Shown piece after piece: positions 14,741 through 21,544 of a stretch of DNA of 21,544 nt (positions are counted from its first letter, which is position 1; every line of letters begins with the position of its first letter). The translations under genes were made by a program, and so were the position numbers. The notes under the pieces were generated by a model that worked only from the letters and a program-made list of their open reading frames with translations, did no database searches and had not been told where the DNA came from. This DNA is from Gemmatimonadota bacterium (GTDB lineage Bacteria > Gemmatimonadota > Gemmatimonadetes > Longimicrobiales > RSA9), in assembly GCA_040905425.1 (NCBI GenBank), contig JBBDRO010000056.1:1-21544 (forward strand), in the 5' to 3' direction.

Positions 14741-17430
14741 GGGCGCCGCTGACGGAACGCCTCGTGGCGGCGGTGCTCCGCCTGGCGCCGCGCCCCTTCC
14801 GCGACCGCTTTGCCGGGGAGTTGCTGGCCACGCATCGCGCCCGGGCCGCCGAGCGTGGTGGGGTAGCCTTCGCGCTGCGGGAGGTGGCCGGCGCGGTGGC
14901 TGCGGTGCTGCGCCTGCGGGTGGGTGGCCGGTCCGGTTTTCAAAGCGACGGTTCCCGATCCACCACCCGGGCGGAAGGCCAGCTCGCCGGCATGCTCCGG
15001 GATCTCGGCCTGGCGGGGCGCGGCCTGCGCCGCGCCCCCGGCTTCGCCGTGGCCGCCGTCCTGGTCACGGGGCTGGGCATCGGTGCCAGCACGGCCATCT
15101 TTTCGGCGCTGAATGCCTTCCTTTTCCGCCCCCTACCGATGGCTGATTCGGACCGGCTCGTCCTCGTCTACGAGACCAATCCCGAGTTCGACTGGACCCA
15201 CGAGACGGCGGCGCCCGCCAACGCCCTGGACTGGGCCGACCAGGTGGAGGCGTTCAGCGCCGTGGCCCTCTACAGTTCCTTCACCGACGAACTCACCTGG
15301 CTGCGGGAGGGGGAGCCCCAGCTTCTCACGGTGGTGCTGGTGTCCGGCAACTTCTTCGATGTGCTGGGTGTGCCGCCGGCGGCGGGCCGGGTGTTCCGCC
15401 CGGAGGAGAGCTGGGCCGACGGTGCGGCGGAAAATCGAGTGGTCATCAGCCACGCGATGTGGCAGCGCTACTTTGCTGGTGATCCGGCGGTGGCCGGCCG
15501 CACCCTGGAGCTGGCCAGTGGCGTGCGCGCCGAGGTGGTGGGCGTGGCGCCCGAGGGCTTCAGCTTCCCATCGGACGGTGCGGACCTGTGGGCGCCCTGG
15601 GGGTGGGATCCGGCGGCCCGCGAGGCCGTCTGGTTCCGCCGGGCCCACTTCGTCCGGCCAGTGGCCCGACTGACACCCGGCGTGAGCATGACTGCGGCCG
15701 ACGCTCAGCTGCAAACGGTCGTGGGGCGCCTGCAGACGGCCTATCCCGAGACCAACCGGGTCATGGGCGCCGGCCTCATGCCGCTACGGGATTTCCTGGT
15801 CATGGACGTGCGCACCTCACTCGAGGTCCTGGCCGGCGCGGTGCTCCTGCTCATGGTGCTGGCGGCGGTGAACGTGGCCACCCTGGTGCTGCTGCGCAGC
15901 GGTGATCGCACCCGGGAGGTGGCCCTGCGCCATGCTCTGGGGGCGGGCCGCTGGCGGGTGGTGCGCCACCTGGCGGCCGAAGGCCTCGTGCTGGGGGGCG
16001 TGGCTGCGGCGCTGGGGCTGGCGGCCGGCGTGGCCGGCGTGACGGCCGTGGGCCGCCTCACCCGCCTGGGCATCGACGGGGCCACCGCCCCGGCCCTCGA
16101 CGTCCGGGTGGTGGCCTTTGCCACGGGTCTCGGGCTGCTGTGCGCCATCCTGTTCACCCTGATCCCTGCCGCCCGCCTGTGGCGGGTGCCCGCGCGGGCC
16201 GCCCTGAGCGCCGCCGGCGCCCGGGGTGCGTCGCGCGGTCGCCAGGGTACCCGTGCCCTGCGCGCCCTCGTCACCGCCGAGGTGGCCCTGGGCCTACTGC
16301 TGGTGGCGGGCGCCGTGCTGATGGTCCGTACGTTCCAGGAACTCCGCCAGGTGGACGCCGGCTTCCGCGCCGAGGGCGTGCTGGCGGTACAGCTCACGGT
16401 GCCCACCAGCCGCTACCCGGAGCGCGGCCACGTGCTGGCGTTCCAGCGCGATCTGCTGGCGGCGCTCGAAGGCCGGGCCGGCATCGAGCGGGCCGGCATG
16501 GTGCAGCAGCTCCCCCTGGGCGGTCCCGGGTGGAGCAGCCAGTTCCAGGCGCGCGGCTGGCCTCCGGAGCGAGTCGGGCTGGACATCGTCCACCGTCGCG
16601 CCGACCGCGGCTACTTCGAGGCACTGGATATTCCCCTGGTGCGGGGGCGCTTATTCGAAGCCAGCGACGGCTCGGACACCGAGCAGGTGGTGCTCGTCAA
16701 CGAGCGTTTCGCGGCCATGCACTTCCCGGGCGAGGATCCCATCGGCCAGTACATTGCCTACGATCGGGAAGCCACCGAGGCGTCCACCTGGCGCCGCATC
16801 ATCGGCATCGTGGGGGACCACCATCAGACGTCGGTGCGGGAGCCGCCGCGGGCCGAGGTCTTCGAACACCCGGAGCAATCGGAGTGGAGCCGCACCAACT
16901 GGTACGTGGTGCGGGGAGCGGGAGCGGCGGCGGCGCACACAGCCAACGTGCGTGCCGTCTTGAGCCAGCTGGATCCGCTCGTGCCGCTGGAGCAGGTGCG
17001 CACCCTGCGGGAGGTGCGCCGGGCCGCCATGGCCACCGACGAGTTGGTGCTGGTGGTGCTCACGGTGTTCGGCTTCCTGGCGCTGGTGCTGGCCACCGTG
17101 GGCGTCTACGGCGTCACGGCCCAGGCAGCCCGCCGGCGCACCCGGGAGATCGGCATTCGCATGGCCGTGGGCGCTGATGGCGGACAGGTGCTGCGGCTGG
17201 TCCTGTTGCAGGGTGCGGGGACGGTCGTGGCCGGCATCCTCCTGGGCCTGGCCGCGGCGCTGCTCCTGACCCGCGCCATGAGCGGCCTGCTCTACGGTGT
17301 CACACCCACGGATCCCGCCACCCTGGCGGTGGTGGCCGCCGTGCTCGCCGGCGCCGCCCTCGTGGCCATGCTCGTGCCGGCCCTCCGCGCGGCGCGCGTG
17401 GATCCCGGCGGCCTGCTCCGCGCCGAGTGA
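14737..17430 (+). CDS. Duplicated MacB/FtsX-type ABC permease (ADOP-like) no. 4, third prefix type
   Basis: 897 aa. Prefix VLRLAPRPFRDRFAGEL. LFRPLP, RTREVALRHALGA, RRTREIGIRMAVGA, PALRAARVDPGGLLRAE. Confidence 0.95.
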   Translation: MRAPLTERLVAAVLRLAPRPFRDRFAGELLATHRARAAERGGVAFALREVAGAVAAVLRLRVGGRSGFQSDGSRSTTRAEGQLAGMLRDLGLAGRGLRRAPGFAVAAVLVTGLGIGASTAIFSALNAFLFRPLPMADSDRLVLVYETNPEFDWTHETAAPANALDWADQVEAFSAVALYSSFTDELTWLREGEPQLLTVVLVSGNFFDVLGVPPAAGRVFRPEESWADGAAENRVVISHAMWQRYFAGDPAVAGRTLELASGVRAEVVGVAPEGFSFPSDGADLWAPWGWDPAAREAVWFRRAHFVRPVARLTPGVSMTAADAQLQTVVGRLQTAYPETNRVMGAGLMPLRDFLVMDVRTSLEVLAGAVLLLMVLAAVNVATLVLLRSGDRTREVALRHALGAGRWRVVRHLAAEGLVLGGVAAALGLAAGVAGVTAVGRLTRLGIDGATAPALDVRVVAFATGLGLLCAILFTLIPAARLWRVPARAALSAAGARGASRGRQGTRALRALVTAEVALGLLLVAGAVLMVRTFQELRQVDAGFRAEGVLAVQLTVPTSRYPERGHVLAFQRDLLAALEGRAGIERAGMVQQLPLGGPGWSSQFQARGWPPERVGLDIVHRRADRGYFEALDIPLVRGRLFEASDGSDTEQVVLVNERFAAMHFPGEDPIGQYIAYDREATEASTWRRIIGIVGDHHQTSVREPPRAEVFEHPEQSEWSRTNWYVVRGAGAAAAHTANVRAVLSQLDPLVPLEQVRTLREVRRAAMATDELVLVVLTVFGFLALVLATVGVYGVTAQAARRRTREIGIRMAVGADGGQVLRLVLLQGAGTVVAGILLGLAAALLLTRAMSGLLYGVTPTDPATLAVVAAVLAGAALVAMLVPALRAARVDPGGLLRAE

Positions 17431-17454
17431 GGCGTGACGCAGGGGCGGCACCAG

Positions 17455-17474
17455 TCCGAAGGCTGGCCTTCGGA
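17455..17474. terminator. Inverted repeat between convergent units (possible terminator or RNA-stabilising hairpin)
   Basis: TCCGAAGGC-TG-GCCTTCGGA, perfect 9-bp arms, starting 24 nt after the permease 4 stop. No U-tract. Confidence 0.35.
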
Positions 17475-17510
17475 GCGGAGGACGCCGGCGGGGTGGGTGC
17501 GCGCGGCGTG

Positions 17511-17936
17511 TCACTCCCGAAGTGACACCAGCCGGTCGGCGCGGGCGGCGCGCAGTGCCGGAATTGCCGCGGTGCTGAGCGTGGTCAGCAGCAACACCAG
17601 GCCGGCCACCGTGCGTGCCGCGAGCGCCGCGCTCACCAGCCCAGCACCCGGGTCTCCACGCTCGCGGCCGCCAACTCCACGGTAGGGCCGAAGCCGGAAG
17701 CCAGGCCAGCGCCACCAGGAAATCGCCCAGCCAGAGCGCGAGCACCACGCCGACCACGCCTCCAAAGGTGGCCAGCACCAGACTCTCGGTGGGCACCTGC
17801 CGGCCGAAGCGCCCGCGCCCCGCGCCAAGCGAGGCCCGCACAGCCATCTCCTGCCCGCGGGGCGTGCCCGGGCCAGGAGCAGGTTGACCACGTTGCTGCA
17901 GGCAATGAGCAGGAGCAGTGAGACCACCGTTCTCAT
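17511..17936 (-). pseudogene. Decayed ADOP permease remnant (first FtsX motif joined to the C-terminus, frameshifted)
   Basis: Across three frames: VSLLLLIACSNVVNLLLAR / GTPRGQEMAVRASLGAGRGRFGRQVPTESLVLATFGGVVGVVLALW / ...AAIPALRAARADRLVSLRE*. Confidence 0.85.
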
Positions 17937-18345
17937 CGGCGCCGAAGCTGTTGCGCCAGCACCCGCACTGCGCGCCGCCGTGGCGCGTAGCGATCCGGAT
18001 GCGCCCGTCATCGAGGCGCGCGGCATGGCCGCTGTCATGGCAACGAGCGGCTGGCACTACGTCTTGTCACCAGCATCGGCCGCCGGCGCGACGCCCCGCG
18101 ACATCATCATGCATGTACTGCGGCGCGGCAGTATACAGCTCGCCATCGGTACCCTCATCGGTTACGCCCTGGCCGTCCTGCACACGCGCGCGCTCGCCGG
18201 CCTCCTCTTCGACGTTAGCCCCGGCGATCCGCTGACCTTCGTGACCGCCGACGTGCTCCTCGCTAGCGCTGCGTTTGCCGCCATGATGGTGCTCGCCGCG
18301 CGGGCGGCACGGCTCGAACCGATCGCGACGCTGCGCGCGGAGTGA
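17937..18345 (+). pseudogene. Decayed ADOP permease remnant (C-terminal part with internal deletion)
   Basis: PALRAAVARSDPDAPV...GATPRDIIMHVLRRG...LAGLLFDVSPGDPLTF...AARAARLEPIATLRAE*. The TM helix and RTREIGIRMAL motif expected before GATPRD are missing. No credible start. Confidence 0.85.
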
Positions 18346-18362
18346 GCGCGCGGGAAGGCTAC

Positions 18363-18408
18363 GGGGAAGGCGCAGAAGGCCCCTGGGTTCGCCGCCGCCG
18401 CCTTCCCC
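18363..18408 (+). terminator. GC-rich stem-loop before the fourth PadR promoter
   Basis: GGGGAAGGCG (18363-18372) pairs with CGCCTTCCCC (18399-18408). 26-nt loop, followed by only TT. Confidence 0.3.
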
Positions 18409-18458
18409 TTGCAAAACAAAAGGACCCGCAGTATCGTTCCCTTCGGAAAACGAAAGGA
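18404..18458 (+). promoter_or_regulatory. Sigma70-type promoter with two 21-bp palindromic operators
   Basis: TTGCAA (18409-18414), 17 nt, TATCGT (18432-18437). TCCCCTTG-CAAAA-CAAAAGGA (18404-18424) and TCCCTTCG-GAAAA-CGAAAGGA (18438-18458) are 17/21 identical. Confidence 0.7.
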
Positions 18459-18465
18459 GCGGCGT

Positions 18466-18846
18466 GTGAGCATGCAGAGCAGGCAGGAACCCACTTCCGG
18501 CGACTCCCGCGGCGGCGAGGTCATCAAAGGCACCCTCGACCTCCTCATCCTGCGGACGCTGCAGGCGGGCCCGATGCACGGTTGGGGGATCACCGAGCTC
18601 ATCGAGTCGGGATCTGACAACCTCCTCTCCGTGAACCAAGGCTCCCTCTACCCTGCGCTCTATCGCCTCGTGCGCAAGGGGCTGCTGCGCTCCAGGTGGC
18701 GGCAGACCGAAAACAACCGGCGCGCCCGCTACTACGAACTCACCTCGCAAGGGCGTGAGGCGCTCGGCCACGAGCGCGCGACCTGGGAGCGCCTCTCCCG
18801 CGGCGTGAACCTCGTTCTGGCGGGAGGCCCGGAATGCGAACTCTGA
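18466..18846 (+). CDS. PadR-family transcriptional regulator (acidobacterial 'GTLDLLIL' subtype)
   Basis: AAGGAG RBS at 18454-18459, then GTG 18466 (alternative ATG 18472). IKGTLDLLILRTL..GPMHGWGI...VNQGSLYPALYRL...W..TENNRRARYYELT..GR..L..E...W.R. Confidence 0.95.
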   Translation: MSMQSRQEPTSGDSRGGEVIKGTLDLLILRTLQAGPMHGWGITELIESGSDNLLSVNQGSLYPALYRLVRKGLLRSRWRQTENNRRARYYELTSQGREALGHERATWERLSRGVNLVLAGGPECEL

Positions 18847-21476
18847 AGCGACTCAGGGAGCTAGCGCGGCGGCTCGGAGGGACGCTCAAGCGTCGTCGCC
18901 TCGAAAAAGAGATGGACGAGGAGTTCCGCTTCCACCTGCAGCGGCTCACGGAGCGGAACGTGAGATCCGGTATGACACCGGCCGAGGCGTGGCGGCGGGC
19001 TCGCCTCACCTTCGGGAGCCTGGAGGGCATGCGTGAGGAAGGGAGGGAGGAGCAGCGGAGCCGGCATCTGGAGATCCTGGCGCAGGACATCCGCTATGCG
19101 CTCCGGCTACTCCGCGGCAGCCCCGGCTTCACAACCGTGGCCACACTGTCCCTGGGGCTGGGGATCGGTGTCTGCACGGCGACGTTCGGTCTGGCCGACC
19201 GGGTGCTGCTGAATCCGTTGCCGGCGGTCCGGGATGCGCACGAGGTGGTGACCGCTGGTACGCGCGTGCCCCACCCGCTCTTCCGCGAGCTGGCCGCATC
19301 GCCGGGCGCCTTCTCCGCGCTTGCCGCCCAGACGACCCGTGCCATGGGTCGGCTTACGCCCGAAGGCACGGTGGAGATCAGGGCCGGGGTGGTTTCCGGG
19401 AACTACTTTCGCACGCTCGGCGTGGACCCCTTGGTGGGCCGCATGCTGAACGAGGGGGACGATGCGCGCGGCGCGCCGCAGGTGGCAGTGCTCTCCCATC
19501 GGGTGTGGCGCACCGAATTCGGCGGCGGTCGGAACGCGGTCGGCGCCGAGGTGGTGTTGAACGGGCGGCCCTTCACGGTGGTGGGGGTGGCACAGCCGTC
19601 TTTTCGCGGCACCCGGCTCGACGTGGACCCCGACGTGTGGATCACCATCCAGGGATGGGGACGTGCGCGCGTCGGTGAGCTCGCTACCATGGATCTGGCG
19701 TCCCGGGGCTGGTCCTGGCTGCAGCTGACCGGTCGCCTCCGCCCGGGGGAAACGGCCGCCAGTTCCGGGCGGTGGCTGCGGGACCGATGGACCGAACTGG
19801 CCGTTGCCGGGGGCGCGGAACCGCCTGACGAGCTACGTATCGATCAGGTCCGCTCCGCCGCGCTGGGGCTTGGCACGGAAGTCCAGACCCGTAGGTTCGT
19901 GAAGCTCTTCATGGCGGTGGTCCTCGTGGCGCTCCTGGTGGCCTGCGCCAACGTGGCCAACCTCCTTCTCGCCCGGGCCGTGCACCGTGAGAACGAGCTG
20001 GCCATCCGGTCTGCGCTCGGGGCCTCCCACGGGCGCGTAGCCCGGCAGCTACTCGTGGAGAGCGTGGTGCTGGCTGGAGGGGGCGCCGCGGTGGGGATGC
20101 TGGTAGCCGTCTGGACCATCCGCCTGCTGCGCGGACTGCAGCTTCCAGGGAGCATCGACGTGGCGGCGGTCGGTCTGGTGATGGACGCGCGCAGCCTGGC
20201 GTTCGCGTGCGGCATCAGCTTACTCACCGCCGTGTCGTTCGGGCTGTTTCCCGCCATCCGGGGCGCGCGTGTCCGGCCGGCCAGGGTGCTGGGAGCGCGA
20301 GGGAGCGGGGGCGCCGATGCGGCACGGTTGCGGGCGGGGCTGGTGGCCTTCCAGGTGGCGCTCTGCATGCTTCTCCTGGCCGGAGCGGGCCTCTTCGGCC
20401 GTACCATGGTCAACGCTCTCGAAACGGACGTAGGCTTCGATCGAGAGGGGCTCTTCGGCATCCGGGTGCCCCTGGGTACGGCGGGCTACGACCCGGAGCG
20501 CGCAGCCGCCTACCTGGCCAGCGCAGTGGAGCGCGTGCGCGCGGCGCCCGGGGTGGCCGCGGCCGGGTGGGCGGCGGCGCCTCCCCTGGCCGACTACGAG
20601 GACCTGACACGCTTCACGATTCAGGACGTGCCCGCCACGGAGGAGGCGCCCACGGTGCCGTTCAACACCGTGGGCCCTGGCTACTTCGAGGCGGTCGGGA
20701 TTCCCCTGGTAAAGGGGCGCGGGTTCCTTCCCGCGGAGACCCGGACGGGCAGCGGCGCCGCCGTGGTAAACGAGTCGTTCGTGGCGCGCTGGCTCCCCGT
20801 CGGTGAGGTCGTTGGACGCATGCTCCTGGTGCAGGGAGAGTTCATCCCCATCGTGGGCGTCTCCCGGGACGCGAAATACACGGGCGTCGCGGAGACCCCG
20901 CGCCCGTATCTCTACTTCTCCACCGTGGAGGATTGGGCAGCGGACGGCCTCGACCTCCTCGTGCGGGCCGAGGGGGCGGAGCCCGAGGCGATGGCCGCCG
21001 CGGTGGCCGCCCTGCGGGGGCTGGACGGGAGCGTCCCTCTAGCCGCGCGTTCGGTGAACGATCGAGTGGCGGCGGCCTTCGCTCCGCAGCGCACCCTCGG
21101 TCTCCTGCTCGCACTCCTTGCCGCGCTCACGCTCGTGCTGGCACTCACGGGGATCTACGGCGTGGTGTCCTATTCGGTGGAGCGCAGCCGCCGGGAGCTG
21201 GGCGTGCGGCTTGCGCTCGGTGCGCGAGCGGGCGATCTGGTTGGCATGGTGCTGAAGGGGGCCATGTCGTCGGTGGCCGTGGGGATCGGGGCGGGTGTGC
21301 TCGCGAGCCTTCTTGCCGGTCGTGCCGTGGAAGCGTTGCTCTTCGGAGTTGCGCCGGGCGATGTCATCACGCTGGCGAGCGCGGCGGCGCTCCTCATGGT
21401 AGCGGGCGCCGCCGCGGCCGCGGTCCCCGCATGGCAGGTCACCCGCGTGGATCCGGCCCTCGCGATGAGGGGATGA
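18834..21476 (+). CDS. Duplicated MacB/FtsX-type ABC permease (ADOP-like) no. 5
   Basis: 880 aa. Prefix EMDEEFRFHL...SGMTPAEA.RRA...FG. QDIRYALR, LLVACANVANLLLAR, RENELAIRSALGA, SRRELGVRLALGA, PAWQVTRVDPALAMRG. Confidence 0.95.
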   Translation: MRTLKRLRELARRLGGTLKRRRLEKEMDEEFRFHLQRLTERNVRSGMTPAEAWRRARLTFGSLEGMREEGREEQRSRHLEILAQDIRYALRLLRGSPGFTTVATLSLGLGIGVCTATFGLADRVLLNPLPAVRDAHEVVTAGTRVPHPLFRELAASPGAFSALAAQTTRAMGRLTPEGTVEIRAGVVSGNYFRTLGVDPLVGRMLNEGDDARGAPQVAVLSHRVWRTEFGGGRNAVGAEVVLNGRPFTVVGVAQPSFRGTRLDVDPDVWITIQGWGRARVGELATMDLASRGWSWLQLTGRLRPGETAASSGRWLRDRWTELAVAGGAEPPDELRIDQVRSAALGLGTEVQTRRFVKLFMAVVLVALLVACANVANLLLARAVHRENELAIRSALGASHGRVARQLLVESVVLAGGGAAVGMLVAVWTIRLLRGLQLPGSIDVAAVGLVMDARSLAFACGISLLTAVSFGLFPAIRGARVRPARVLGARGSGGADAARLRAGLVAFQVALCMLLLAGAGLFGRTMVNALETDVGFDREGLFGIRVPLGTAGYDPERAAAYLASAVERVRAAPGVAAAGWAAAPPLADYEDLTRFTIQDVPATEEAPTVPFNTVGPGYFEAVGIPLVKGRGFLPAETRTGSGAAVVNESFVARWLPVGEVVGRMLLVQGEFIPIVGVSRDAKYTGVAETPRPYLYFSTVEDWAADGLDLLVRAEGAEPEAMAAAVAALRGLDGSVPLAARSVNDRVAAAFAPQRTLGLLLALLAALTLVLALTGIYGVVSYSVERSRRELGVRLALGARAGDLVGMVLKGAMSSVAVGIGAGVLASLLAGRAVEALLFGVAPGDVITLASAAALLMVAGAAAAAVPAWQVTRVDPALAMRG

Positions 21477-21478
21477 GA

Positions 21479-21544
21479 CTGCTGGAGCCCGCCACCGTGG
21501 AGAAGAGGCTCACCTGGCAGGACAGCGGCTGCAGCGCAGAGTCG
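21479..21544 (+). pseudogene. Third IS91/ISCR transposase fragment (runs off the window)
   Basis: Reads LLEPATVEKRLTWQDSGCSAES, like the recalled 'GLL....E.ML.W.HSGFS.D' motif. The first 24 nt match 149-172 at 22/24, and both differences are synonymous. Confidence 0.55.

Noticed and set aside
16651..18057. 468-aa minus-strand ORF containing a permease motif
   Set aside because: Only a short segment near 17700-17870 is permease-like and belongs to the pseudogene. The rest is mostly antisense to permease 4.

Overview
Very GC-rich bacterial DNA. The gene families suggest Gemmatimonadota or Acidobacteriota (inference). The core is a co-oriented array of five full-length (~880-900 aa) duplicated MacB/FtsX-type ABC permeases of the ADOP ('duplicated orphan permease') type, with no ABC ATPase gene in the window. 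Four permeases overlap a PadR-family regulator gene immediately upstream. The PadRs fall into three sequence subtypes, and each subtype is paired with a different N-terminal permease 'prefix' domain and a different upstream palindrome. The one permease without its own PadR carries a prefix ~60% identical to its neighbour's on an otherwise divergent body. Two decayed permease remnants, a lipoprotein, a beta-propeller protein and a minus-strand membrane protein/wHTH/M23-peptidase operon are interspersed. Three short co-oriented fragments resembling an IS91/ISCR rolling-circle transposase, plus an oriIS-like end, bracket the region; the outer two share a 24-nt imperfect direct repeat (149-172 and 21479-21502). 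All family assignments are by motif recognition from memory; no searches were run.
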